A stretch of DNA of 64,000 nt, taken from positions 6,888 through 70,887 of IMG/VR virus record IMGVR_UViG_2671180612_000005; one strand, written 5' to 3'. This DNA is from a virus (Duplodnaviria > Caudoviricetes). The notes below the pieces were generated by a model. That model was not told the origin of the DNA, made no database searches, and saw only the letters and a program-made list of their open reading frames with translations. The position numbers were made by a program, and so were the translations under genes. Below are positions 54,762-64,000 of the stretch, in pieces; the first letter of the stretch is position 1, and each line of letters begins with the position of its first letter.

Positions 54762-57513
54762 CATGCAGATCACGGCAGAACAGGCCGCCGCCGAGCTCGC
54801 CCGTCGTCGCGGCACCGTGCAGGCACCGGCACCCGTCGCGGCCCCCGCCATCACCGCGGAGGCCGCTGCAGCCGAACTCGCACGCCGGAAGGAGGCGGCC
54901 GCCGCGGCCCAGGCAGAGATCGAGAAGCGGCGCATCGCCGACCCTCGGTCTTTCCGCGACTTCCAGCTGCGTGCGGCCACCGAGGATCGCGGCGGCATGG
55001 ACGCGTTCCAGCAAGGCGCGGCGCAGGGCATGTCGCTCGGCCTGATGGACGAGCTGACCGGCGCCCTGCTGACGCCCGTCGAACTCGGCATCGGGGCGTT
55101 CTCCGGCGAGGACGAGGACAAAGGGATCCTTGATCGGATCGCGGACAGCTACGGCCGCGCCCGCGACCTGTCCCGCCGGTCCATGGATACGGCCCGGGAG
55201 AACCACGGCGGCGCGGCTCTCGCCGGCGAGCTGTCCGGCGGCCTGATGACCGGAGCCGCGTCCGTCGCGACCGCCCTACCCGCCGCGACGACGCGCCTGG
55301 CCAAGGTCGGCGTGGCCGCGGCCGACGGCGCGCTTCAAGGCGGCATCGCCGGCTTCGGCTCGGGCGAAGGCCTCGGCGACAGCGTCGAACGCGCCGGTAC
55401 GGGTGCCGTGCTCGGCCTCGGTCTCGGCGCCGGCGTCTCGGCGGCCGCACCGGTCATCGGAAAGACGGTATCGGCCGGGAGGACGGCGATCGTCCCGTTC
55501 ACGAAGTCGGGCCAGGAGCGCCTGGCGGCGGAGAAGCTCGGCTCGGGCGCTTCCGATCTGGTCGGCCTGCGTGCGGCTCTCGCCTCGCCGACGCCGGACC
55601 TCGTGCCGGGATCGGCTCCGACGACGTTCCAGCTGACGGGCGATATGGGAGTCGGCGGACTGGAGCGGGCTGCGGCGACGCGTGCCCCTGCCCCGTTCCA
55701 GGATCGTCGTGCGGCGCAGAACAGCGCACGCCTCGGCACCATGGGCGGCGTCGAGACCGGCGGCGCGGCGGAGTCCGTGGCGGCCGCGGCGCGCCTCGGC
55801 TTCGACGACCTCGACCGATCGACGCAGAGCCTGCTCGACGACGCGACGAACACCGCCCGCCGGGCGACGGACGCGGTCGGACCGGGCATGACGCCGGACG
55901 TCGCGGGCGACACCATGCGGCTCGGGCTCGAGGCGGACCGGCGCGTCGTGAAGGACGCCGAGCGCGGCCTGTGGGATTCGGTCGATCCGGACGGGACGCT
56001 GACGCTCGGCCTGCCCGGCCTGCGCTCGCGTGCGAACGATCTGGTGGCGACGCACTCGAAGTTCGCCAAGCCGATGGAGGGCGACGAGGCCGACATAATC
56101 GGATCGATCAAGGGCATCGGCGATCAGATGCCGTTCTCCGACGTCCAGGCTCTCAAGTCCCGGATCTACAACGCCGGCAAGAAGGAGCGCATCGACAACG
56201 GCGAGACGCCGGCGCACCGCCGTCTCGGCCTCCTCGGTTCGTCCCTGGTCGACGACCTCGACAACGCCGCGTCCGGCGCGCCCTTCGCGGACGGCAGTCT
56301 GCCGACCTTCGACCAGGCGGCCCGCGACCGACTTTCGGCCGCCAACAAGGCGACGAAGGACCGGTTCGAGACGTTCGACAACCCGACGCTCGGGCCGATC
56401 CGCGCCCGCCCGATGGATTCCTCGCCGTACGACATGCCGGCGTCGGCCGTTCCCGGACGTATCTTCTACGGCGAGCCCAGGTCGTTCGACGCGGTCAACA
56501 CGTTCCGCAAGGCCGTCGGCGATCAGGCCGCCCGCGACGCGCTCCAGGGCTACGTCGTCGACCGTCTGCGCAAGACCGCCCTGTCGGCCGACGGGACGCT
56601 CGACGCGGCGCGCCTGGCCTCGTTCCGGCAGCAGCACGCCGACGCGTTGCGCGCCTTCCCGGATCTCGACCGGAAGTTCGCGGACGCCGGCACGGCCTCG
56701 ACGGCCATGGCCGAGGTCGCGGCTTCGCGCACGAAGAGCCTCGCGGATTACGAGAAGGGCGTCCTCGGCTCGCTGATGAAGCTGGACGATCCGGCCGACG
56801 TGACGAAGACGATCGGCGGCATCTTCAACTCGCGCGACGGCGTGTCCCGCATGACGAAGATCGCGGGCGCGGTGGCCGGCGATCCGGACGCGCAGCAGGG
56901 CCTCCGCCGGGCGGTGGTCGACCACATGAAGGGGAAGCTCGTCTCGAACACCGAGGCGGCGACGTCCGGCGAGGCGCTCCTGAAGAGCGACGCCTTCCAG
57001 ACGTTCGTCGGCGGCAACCGCGCCACGCTGAAGGCGGCGGGCTTCACGGACGCGGAGCTTGACACGTTCGGCGCGATCGCGGCCGACATCCAGCGGTCGA
57101 ACCGGTCGCTGACGGCCGTCAAGATTCCGGGGCAGTCGAACACGGCGCAGGACGTCGGCTCAGTTTTGAGCCGCGTCCTCCAGGCGTCGGGATCGAAGGG
57201 CGGCGGGCTCGGGCTCGGCGGCGTCGGCTTCCTCGCCGGCGGGCTGCCGGGCGCCGTCGCGGGCGGTCTGACGGCCGGCGCGGCTAAGATGCTGTCGATC
57301 ATGAAGCAGAACGGGCTGTCGCGGGTCGAGGACATCCTCGAGGACGCCCTTCTCAATCCGGACCGCGCCAGAATCCTGCTGCAGCGCCTCGATCCGAACG
57401 CGTCTCCCGTCGAATGGGAGAAGATCGCGAACGCCTTCGCCCGCGCCGGCACGACCGCCACCAACATTGAGTCCGGCGCAGAGCCGCGCTCCCGCGCACC
57501 GTTCCAGAACTGA
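54754..57513 (+). CDS. Internal virion (ejection) protein
   Basis: QGMSLGLMDEL, Gly/Ala-rich hydrophobic segments; position. Confidence 0.75.
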   Translation: MADMQITAEQAAAELARRRGTVQAPAPVAAPAITAEAAAAELARRKEAAAAAQAEIEKRRIADPRSFRDFQLRAATEDRGGMDAFQQGAAQGMSLGLMDELTGALLTPVELGIGAFSGEDEDKGILDRIADSYGRARDLSRRSMDTARENHGGAALAGELSGGLMTGAASVATALPAATTRLAKVGVAAADGALQGGIAGFGSGEGLGDSVERAGTGAVLGLGLGAGVSAAAPVIGKTVSAGRTAIVPFTKSGQERLAAEKLGSGASDLVGLRAALASPTPDLVPGSAPTTFQLTGDMGVGGLERAAATRAPAPFQDRRAAQNSARLGTMGGVETGGAAESVAAAARLGFDDLDRSTQSLLDDATNTARRATDAVGPGMTPDVAGDTMRLGLEADRRVVKDAERGLWDSVDPDGTLTLGLPGLRSRANDLVATHSKFAKPMEGDEADIIGSIKGIGDQMPFSDVQALKSRIYNAGKKERIDNGETPAHRRLGLLGSSLVDDLDNAASGAPFADGSLPTFDQAARDRLSAANKATKDRFETFDNPTLGPIRARPMDSSPYDMPASAVPGRIFYGEPRSFDAVNTFRKAVGDQAARDALQGYVVDRLRKTALSADGTLDAARLASFRQQHADALRAFPDLDRKFADAGTASTAMAEVAASRTKSLADYEKGVLGSLMKLDDPADVTKTIGGIFNSRDGVSRMTKIAGAVAGDPDAQQGLRRAVVDHMKGKLVSNTEAATSGEALLKSDAFQTFVGGNRATLKAAGFTDAELDTFGAIAADIQRSNRSLTAVKIPGQSNTAQDVGSVLSRVLQASGSKGGGLGLGGVGFLAGGLPGAVAGGLTAGAAKMLSIMKQNGLSRVEDILEDALLNPDRARILLQRLDPNASPVEWEKIANAFARAGTTATNIESGAEPRSRAPFQN

Positions 57514-57523
57514 GGATATCGAC

Positions 57524-57952
57524 ATGATGCCGTTCCAGTCCGCCCCGCCCGCCGGCGGCACCGCTTCCCCCCTCGCCGAGGCCCTCGCCAAGGAAGGTTT
57601 GATGGCCCCGATTCAGACCGCCAGCCCGGGTCCGGCCGCGATGAGGTCCGCGCCTCCGCTCGGTGCCGGCTTCATGCCCGCGCCCGCGATGCCGGGTGCG
57701 ATACCCGGAGGCATGCCGGCGCCGGGGATGCAGCAGCCGCAGCCGCCCGCCGGTGGCGTTCCAGGGATGCCGTTCCAGCAGATGGGCGGACCGAACATGG
57801 GTCAGGGGATGCCGGGAAGCACCGGTCAGGCCGGGGCGATGGTGCCGAAGCCCGGCATGCCCTTCGCGGGCGCGCCAGGCCCAGCCGCGGCCGCTCCGGG
57901 AGGTTCGGCGGCGGGTGGTGCGCAGCCGCAGCAGCGGCCGCCGTTCGGTTAA
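57524..57952 (+). CDS. Pro/Gly/Met/Gln-rich low-complexity protein
   Basis: GAGGA RBS; MPG/MPF repeats. Confidence 0.65.
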   Translation: MMPFQSAPPAGGTASPLAEALAKEGLMAPIQTASPGPAAMRSAPPLGAGFMPAPAMPGAIPGGMPAPGMQQPQPPAGGVPGMPFQQMGGPNMGQGMPGSTGQAGAMVPKPGMPFAGAPGPAAAAPGGSAAGGAQPQQRPPFG

Positions 57953-58806
57953 GGGCCGGCGTTGTAGATCTGGTGAATGCGGTCGAGAAGCTGCGCGATC
58001 ATGCCTGCACGCCCTTCAGCGTTGTTGAGGTAGGGTATGTACCTAATTGGCTTTAGATCGAACGGTACGTCATCCGCATTCTGTGTCAGAAGGATCGTCT
58101 GCCTTCCGAGAGCGTGAGCGATGCCGGCTTCATAGAGAACGTTGCGATTCTTGCCTGTCAGATCCAGGATCACGATGCGGGACCGGTCGATCAGGGACAC
58201 GATATCTGCCAGGATATGATCGTTCTGCCAGATGTCGTCAGCCCGGTTGCACTTCAATCCGTTGGCTTGCGCCATCGCCTTGATATCGTCGTAGACACCG
58301 GCACAGCGTTGATCGAATGGCATCATGACCGAGATCTGGAGATTCTCGATCTTCTCAGGATCGGCAACCCGGAACAGCGTCGGCCCCTTTCGCTGCGGAC
58401 GATCCAAGCGAAGGATCGTTCGATACAGATCGATATCCTTGATCGCCCAATGCGTTCGACGGAATTCCCATTCATCCATGCCGAAGTCGGCCATGCGAGC
58501 GTAGATGTCGCCGTTCCTTACCGAAGGTATGCCGTGCTCGAAGGCGACCTCGAGACGAACCTCTCCACGTTCGACGTTGGCCGACATTATGCGCCCGACG
58601 CGAGCAACTTCGTCGCCGAAGCCCTCATCCATCATGAGGCACGGTAGCCTCTTCATGTCGTCGAGGCGAAGCGCATTCCCCACCGAGAACTGCGCCTTCA
58701 CTGCTGCCTCCGTGTATTCGAAGACTCGACCAACCTCGAGGCTGGATCGCCCCTCTGCGACCCGCGTGAACCCGACCATCAAATTGAACAAGGACAACCC
58801 CATCAA
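57949..58806 (-). CDS. Nucleoside 2-deoxyribosyltransferase/TIR-like domain protein (moron)
   Basis: VMMPF, RADD, DLTGKN.NVLYEAGIAHA, PFDL; lower GC. Confidence 0.8.
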   Translation of the reverse strand: MMGLSLFNLMVGFTRVAEGRSSLEVGRVFEYTEAAVKAQFSVGNALRLDDMKRLPCLMMDEGFGDEVARVGRIMSANVERGEVRLEVAFEHGIPSVRNGDIYARMADFGMDEWEFRRTHWAIKDIDLYRTILRLDRPQRKGPTLFRVADPEKIENLQISVMMPFDQRCAGVYDDIKAMAQANGLKCNRADDIWQNDHILADIVSLIDRSRIVILDLTGKNRNVLYEAGIAHALGRQTILLTQNADDVPFDLKPIRYIPYLNNAEGRAGMIAQLLDRIHQIYNAGP

Positions 58807-58889
58807 ATCACTGATGGAGCAACGATAACGCCTCGGTTCCAGAACGATAAGAGATCATCGTTCGCTTTAGCTTCCTCGGCGTCGTCGAG

Positions 58890-59283
58890 CTACTCGTCCC
58901 CGACGCTCTCGTAGATCCCCTTCGGCGCCAATCCGGTGCATGCCTCCCAGCTGCTGCTGATCGAGACGCGCCCCGGATCGAGGTCGAACACCCCGAACGG
59001 ACGCCCCTGCGCCTCCCCGACCGCGATCCCCGTCACCGTCGTCCCGCCGACCACCGCGCTCCCGAGCTCGACCTCGGTCTCGAACTCGCACACCGGCGTC
59101 AGCGTGTGGTCCCGCGGGTCCGTCGCCGTCCATTTCAGATGCCAGCTGTCGCGCCCGCTCGGCAGCATGCGCAGCTCGCATACGTGCGGCCCGCATTCGC
59201 GCTGGTAGTGTCCGGAGTATCGGTCCGCGGCCGCCGCCGGCATGGCGCAGGCGAGCAGGAGGGTGGCGAGGATGAGTCGCATG
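58890..59283 (-). CDS. Exported protein
   Basis: Signal peptide MRLILATLLLACAMPAAA. Confidence 0.7.
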
Positions 59284-59306
59284 GTCTTCTCCATGGATGT
59301 CGGGTT

Positions 59307-59641
59307 TCAGATCGGCGTGTGCTTGACGACGGGACGGCCGGCGCCGCAGTCGACGCGGCTGACGCGACCCGCCGCCTCGTCGACGACCCAGAAGCGCGTA
59401 ACCGTGCGCCGCAGCTCGTCGTAGCGTTCGAGGAGGTCGAGGACGCTCTCCATGGCGTCGAGGTCGAGGATGGGCTCGGGACGCTCGGGCATGCGGCGCA
59501 GGCGCATGAGGAGGTCCGACCGCGTCGTCCCGCCGGCGACGAAGACGTCGACGACGTCGCCGGGAGGACGCCGCTGTTCGGGATGGTGCGATCGAAGCCT
59601 TTCGACGCGGCCAGGCGGCGGACGTGGTCTTCGTGGCTCAT
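59307..59641 (-). pseudogene. Small gene, apparently frameshifted
   Basis: ATG 59641 (MSHEDHV...) and the coding-like GDVVDVFVAGG...KHTPI lie in different frames. Confidence 0.35.
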
Positions 59642-60756
59642 GGCTTCGCCTCCTTCGTGTCGCCCTCGTCTTCGTAGATCGCCGCCAGCAACGGCTCGAC
59701 GTCCAGCCGGGACAGGACCGTCGCCGCCGTCCGCGACCGCTCGTCGAACTCGGGGCCGATCGCCTCCGGCCAGACCATCGGTTCCGGCCGCGTCAGGCGA
59801 TGGACGGCGGCGACGGCTTCGACGGGCACGCCGTACCGACCGCAGACGACCGTCCAGGGCCGCATGCCGACTACGTCGCGCCGGATGGCCCATTCGTCCA
59901 CGATCCCGAGTCGGCGCTTCGCCTCCTCCCATCCGATCTCGCCGGCGACCAGCGCGGACAGCGTCGCGACGTGATCGTTCCGCCGGTTCACCTCGACGAC
60001 CATGCCGGGCCGGAAGTTTCGGTTGCCCGTGCCGAGGCCCTTCGGATTGCAGACGATCCGCGTGGCGCCGAACCGGTAGTCGAACGATTCGTGCGTGTGC
60101 CCGTGAATCCAGAGGTCGGGCTGCCCCGAAAGGATGAGCATCTCGAGGTCCGAGGCGAAGCAGGGCGTCAGATAGTGGCCTTGCCAGAGCGGCGCGACGG
60201 AGAACGGGTGCGGCGCGTGATGCGTGACGACGACCGTAGGACCTTCGAAGGGCGTCGCCAGCATCTCGCGCAGCCATTCCCGCGACGCCTGGTGCTTCTG
60301 GATGGACGACGCCGGAGTGAAGCGCGACGCCATCGCCCCGCCCATCGGTTCGTCCTCGTAGATCTGGTGGTAGTCGAGCATGTCGGCGCGGGCGGCGCGC
60401 ATCGACTGGTCGCGGTTCTCGAAGCCGTGTAGCTCGAAGTCAGTCCACAGCGTCGCGCCGAGGAAGCGCGTCCCGCCGATGACGACGGCGTCGTTCTCGA
60501 GGAAATGGACGCGGTCGTCCGAGGCCGCCTGCCCTGCGCGGACGGCGGAGATCAGGCCCAACCCGAAGAATTCGTGGTTGCCCGCCACGACGACGACGGG
60601 CTGCGGGAAGTGCGCCCGCGCCCACGCCACGGCGTCCGCCGGCGAATCGAGGATGTCGCCGGCGAGGACGACGACGTCGGCGTCCACGGGTGCGGGCGCA
60701 CGCGCCTTGTCGGCGTCGGAGGCCATGTGGAGGTCGGAGAGGACGTGGATGCGCAT
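59638..60756 (-). CDS. Metallophosphoesterase with C-terminal extension
   Basis: SDLH, AGD, GNHE, THHAP, HGHTH, CNP.G. Confidence 0.9.
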   Translation of the reverse strand: MRIHVLSDLHMASDADKARAPAPVDADVVVLAGDILDSPADAVAWARAHFPQPVVVVAGNHEFFGLGLISAVRAGQAASDDRVHFLENDAVVIGGTRFLGATLWTDFELHGFENRDQSMRAARADMLDYHQIYEDEPMGGAMASRFTPASSIQKHQASREWLREMLATPFEGPTVVVTHHAPHPFSVAPLWQGHYLTPCFASDLEMLILSGQPDLWIHGHTHESFDYRFGATRIVCNPKGLGTGNRNFRPGMVVEVNRRNDHVATLSALVAGEIGWEEAKRRLGIVDEWAIRRDVVGMRPWTVVCGRYGVPVEAVAAVHRLTRPEPMVWPEAIGPEFDERSRTAATVLSRLDVEPLLAAIYEDEGDTKEAKP

Positions 60757-61736
60757 CAGACCGTCGGCCCTTGCGGCTCGTCGTTCTCGTCGCGGATATC
60801 GGCGGCTTCGCGCGGCCATTCGGCATGGTCTGCCCGCGTCGACGCTATCGGCGGCGACACGCGGGAGAGGAAGATGTCCGGATGGTCCCACGCATGGTCG
60901 ACGGTCGCGGCGTCGTAGCCCGGACGAGGGCCGACCTCGACGTCGAGGACGAGACCGGGGTTGAACTGCCGGTTCTCGATCGTCGGCAGCGACTTCGGCG
61001 AAGCGTGCTTCATGACGTAGCCCCTCGGATTGCAGACCACCCGCGTGCGCCCGAGCATGTAGTCCAAGCAATGGTGGACGTGCCCGTGGATCCAGAGGTC
61101 GGGTTCGAAGCGGCGGATGAGGTCGTCGAGGTCGGAGGCGTAGGCGGCGTCCAGCGCCTTCGTCGCCTTGCCGTCCTCGAGCGAACGGACCGACGGCGCG
61201 TGGTGCGTGATCACGACCGTCGGGCCGTCGAATGGCGTCGAGAGCACTGCTTCGATGGCGCGCAGCTGGCGGTGGTGCGCATCGATGTAATGCCGGATGT
61301 GGCGCGTATGCTTGCGCCCTTCCCAACGAATTGCACGCCAGTCGGTCATGTAGGCCATGAAGTCGCGCTGCGAGGTGTAGCCATCGCCGTAGCTGTTGAA
61401 GTCGGTCCAGAGCGTGGCGCCTACGAAGCGGACGCCGCCAATGATCGTGCTGTCGCCGTCGAGGACCTGGATGCGGTCGCCCATGGTCGTCTTCCGACGG
61501 AAGCGGGCGACCTCGTCGTCGAGCGAGGCGCCGTAGAAGTCGTGGTTACCGGCGACGACGAGCAGCGGCATGTCCGCCGGCGCATTCTTCTCGAGCCAGA
61601 GACGGGCCTGCCCGGAGAGGCGGCCGCCAACGTCGCCGGCGACGATCGCGACGTCGGCCTCGACGCCCTTCGGCAGAGCATACGGTCCGACGTCGTTGTG
61701 GATGTCGCTTTGAATCCAGAGTCGAGTACTGGTCAT
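60756..61736 (-). CDS. Metallophosphoesterase
   Basis: SDIH, AGD, GNHD, THHAP, HGHVH, CNPRGY. Confidence 0.9.
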   Translation of the reverse strand: MTSTRLWIQSDIHNDVGPYALPKGVEADVAIVAGDVGGRLSGQARLWLEKNAPADMPLLVVAGNHDFYGASLDDEVARFRRKTTMGDRIQVLDGDSTIIGGVRFVGATLWTDFNSYGDGYTSQRDFMAYMTDWRAIRWEGRKHTRHIRHYIDAHHRQLRAIEAVLSTPFDGPTVVITHHAPSVRSLEDGKATKALDAAYASDLDDLIRRFEPDLWIHGHVHHCLDYMLGRTRVVCNPRGYVMKHASPKSLPTIENRQFNPGLVLDVEVGPRPGYDAATVDHAWDHPDIFLSRVSPPIASTRADHAEWPREAADIRDENDEPQGPTV

Positions 61737-61792
61737 GCCGGCCTCCTTGCCGATGTCAGGAGCTACGGCGTCGCATACGCCGTAGAAAGATT

Positions 61793-62005
61793 TCAGGGCT
61801 TGGGCGGCGCGTCGCGGCCCTTCAGGATGTCGTCGTAGACGGCGCTCTGCAGGATGCAGAAACCCATGCCGGCGCGCTGGTCCCGCGTGCGGAGCATGCT
61901 CCACACCGAGATGGCCTGGTGGGCGAACTCGATGGCTGGGATGCCCTCGCGGGCTTCGATTTCGGCCACGCGGGCGGCGACGTCGGGCGCAAGAGCAAGG
62001 ATCAT
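61793..62005 (-). CDS. Small hypothetical protein
   Basis: ATGA overlap with the AAA gene. Confidence 0.55.
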   Translation of the reverse strand: MILALAPDVAARVAEIEAREGIPAIEFAHQAISVWSMLRTRDQRAGMGFCILQSAVYDDILKGRDAPPKP

Positions 62006-63576
62006 TGACGCACCTCGAACTTCGAGCGGACCGTGATCATGGTGTCGACGGCGCGGCGCAGGGAACGTAGCGATCCCCCGGTCCAGATACGGCGGAGAAC
62101 GTCCTCCTCGTCGGGGTCGAGCGGCGGCAGAAGGCCCTCCTGGCCGGTCTCGAGCGCGATGTCTTCCACGATTCGACGGACCAGCGTTCCGATGTGCTCC
62201 GGCCCGGGATCCGGCATGCGAAGGATGCGGAAGCGGTCGCGGAGCGGCGCCGTCAGGCCGTCGAGCGAGTTGCAGGTGGCGATGTAGTTGACCTGCGAGA
62301 GGTCGGCCGACATGTCGAGCGCCGTCTCGTGGTAGCGGCTGGACGTGTGAGGCTCGAGGAACGGCAGCAGAGCCGCCTCGAGGTTGCCGCTGCGGTGGTT
62401 TCCCGCCTTCTCGATCTCGTCGAGGATTACGATCGGGTTCGCGATACCGGACTGGCGGATGAGCTCGAGCGGCGTCGACGCTGAGGCGGTCGACCAACGC
62501 GATGGCGTGCCCCCGAAGGAATTGTCGGCCGAGCTGGCGCACGGGTAGATGATCGTGCGCAGGCCGAGAAGCTCGGCGATCGCGATCGCCAGCGAGGTCT
62601 TGCCGGTGCCGGGGCCGCCGACGAGGAGGACAGGCTTGAAGCGGATGGGCTGGCCGTAGCGGAGCTCCGACGCGATCGCACGGATGATCGAGACCGCGTG
62701 CGGCCACTGGCGTTCGAGCGTGGGGGTATGCTGGTACGTGAAGCGGTGGAGCGGCATCGGTGCCGTCAGCGCCTGATACATCTTGCTGATGTCGCGCTTC
62801 TCTGACGTCTTGTGGCCGTCGACGGGGCGAAGGACCTGGTGCGTCGGGAGGGCCGCCGGAGCGCCGGAGCGCAGCTCCTTCACGATCGAGAACGCCTCCT
62901 CCGTATCGGCGTCGTCCAGCGCATCATGCTCGGGAACCTGGTCGTCGAACTCGAGGATGCCCTCGGCCGAGATCTGGTTTGTGACGAACGGCAGGAAGCG
63001 GCTCAGCTGCTCGGCCTGGGTCGCGAGCTCGAGGATGCCGGCGCCAAGGATCTGATTCTGGAAATCCGCATCGGCGTTGATCGGGTCGGCGAAAACTACG
63101 TTGCTCGCGAGGCCGGCTGAGTATGCGCGGCGCCAGACGGTCGCGAGGGGATCGGCGATCGACAGGATCTGCGCGGCCGCGCCGTCGCAGCCGACGAGCG
63201 CGGCGTACCATGCCAAGCGCGTCTTCGTGTGGGGAGGAAACACAGTATGGTGGCCTGGAAGCGCGCCGACGTGCTTCCACACGGCACGGATCGTCGCGGC
63301 CGCGGGGACGACCTCGAGCTTCTCGACGAGCGGGAGGAGCTTGACGGAGAGCGTGTTGTGCGACTGCGACGTGCGCAGGAACTCGGCCCATAGGATCGCG
63401 AAACCGCGGACATCGAGTGCCAGAGAGCCGCTGGTCGGGGGATGGCCGGAGAGCACATCCTCCAGCGCTGGGGGTTCGCCGGCGAGGATCCGGCGGTCGA
63501 GTTCGGCGCGGGCGGCGACGTCGCGGAGATAGCGCTGGGCGTACAGACGGAATTCGTCTGGGGAGTGGTCGGGCAT
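62002..63576 (-). CDS. Lon-like AAA+ ATPase without protease domain
   Basis: GGPGTGKT, NPIVILDEIEK, DLS.V..IATCN, PLRDR. Confidence 0.85.
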   Translation of the reverse strand: MPDHSPDEFRLYAQRYLRDVAARAELDRRILAGEPPALEDVLSGHPPTSGSLALDVRGFAILWAEFLRTSQSHNTLSVKLLPLVEKLEVVPAAATIRAVWKHVGALPGHHTVFPPHTKTRLAWYAALVGCDGAAAQILSIADPLATVWRRAYSAGLASNVVFADPINADADFQNQILGAGILELATQAEQLSRFLPFVTNQISAEGILEFDDQVPEHDALDDADTEEAFSIVKELRSGAPAALPTHQVLRPVDGHKTSEKRDISKMYQALTAPMPLHRFTYQHTPTLERQWPHAVSIIRAIASELRYGQPIRFKPVLLVGGPGTGKTSLAIAIAELLGLRTIIYPCASSADNSFGGTPSRWSTASASTPLELIRQSGIANPIVILDEIEKAGNHRSGNLEAALLPFLEPHTSSRYHETALDMSADLSQVNYIATCNSLDGLTAPLRDRFRILRMPDPGPEHIGTLVRRIVEDIALETGQEGLLPPLDPDEEDVLRRIWTGGSLRSLRRAVDTMITVRSKFEVRQ

Positions 63577-63643
63577 CCGGTTCAATTCCTTCAAAGTGCG
63601 GCCTGTGCCGTCTTGAGAAGGATAAGAACACAGAGAGGTGGAC

Positions 63644-64000
63644 CTAGTCTTTAGGGAGTGGGTCCAATTGTACGCGTGTGCTCGCAATCTGGAAAAAAAG
63701 GCGTTCGCGGGCGTCCATCGCCTGCAATTTCGTCTGCGCTTCGGCGATTCCGACTAGAGCATGGGCGAGTTTCAGCTGCAGCGGACGGCGCATCGTGGTG
63801 TTCCCGCTGATCCACCTCTCCGCGGTGCGGTGGTTCACGCCGAACAGGCTCTTCAGTTCGTAGACCGGGTCGGCGGCGACGGCGGCAAGCCTATCCATCA
63901 GGGCGTGCTGCTGCATGCTCTCCGCGACGGCTTGCATATAGAGATATTCGTCAGGCCAGATATCCGGGTGCTCCCAAAACGGGGCTTTTTCGTCTGCCAT
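63644..64000 (-). CDS. HTH-like protein
   Basis: LFGVNHRTAERWISG. Confidence 0.55.
   Translation of the reverse strand: MADEKAPFWEHPDIWPDEYLYMQAVAESMQQHALMDRLAAVAADPVYELKSLFGVNHRTAERWISGNTTMRRPLQLKLAHALVGIAEAQTKLQAMDARERLFFQIASTRVQLDPLPKD

Larger units (their letters stand above)
41..57952. mobile_element. Temperate podovirus-like phage (prophage or phage-plasmid); boundaries not visible, probably extends left of the window
   Basis: Terminase, portal, capsid, adaptor, tail, ejection, lysis and recombination genes in modular order with many overlapping stop/start codons. Confidence 0.9.

Noticed and set aside
51762-55121. Very long antisense ORFs (also 38201-40510, 36588-38012, 21389-23107)
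   Set aside because: Shadow ORFs of high-GC genes on the opposite strand; no recognisable motifs
1-64000. Integrase, att sites, tRNA or rRNA genes
   Set aside because: None recognised by eye; integration state cannot be determined from this window

Overview
Nearly the whole window is one GC-rich, podovirus-type temperate phage (prophage or phage-plasmid). The host is inferred to be an alphaproteobacterium from a GAAC-N7-GAAC LexA box and a GcrA-like gene. No integrase, att site or host housekeeping gene is visible. Layout: early-type small genes on + (41-5452); a repeat-rich non-coding block (5450-7410); accessory/defence cargo (PcfJ-like genes, PD-(D/E)XK nuclease, umuDC, GIY-YIG, PIN, metallophosphoesterase-STAND NTPase; 7415-18808); a - strand middle/replication arm (DUF2829/Tad2-like fusion, GcrA-like, HTH proteins, resolvase, RecA-like, small PolA/T7-RNAP-like protein; 18848-31485); a lysis cassette on - (31919-33958); a + strand packaging/head/tail/ejection operon (34988-57952) with HEPN and deoxyribosyltransferase/TIR-like morons; and an AAA ATPase plus two metallophosphoesterases at the right end. 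Highlights: a repeated late-promoter motif TTCGAG-N17/18-TAnnnN, including a symmetric bidirectional copy between the lysis and head operons; candidate anti-defence genes (Tad2-like domain fused to a scaffold-like domain, orphan DUF3780, crAss001_48-like domain); a miniature T7-RNAP-like protein; a 14-7-14 inverted repeat resembling a recombinase site; and GANTC clusters. All family calls come from motif recognition by eye, not database searches.
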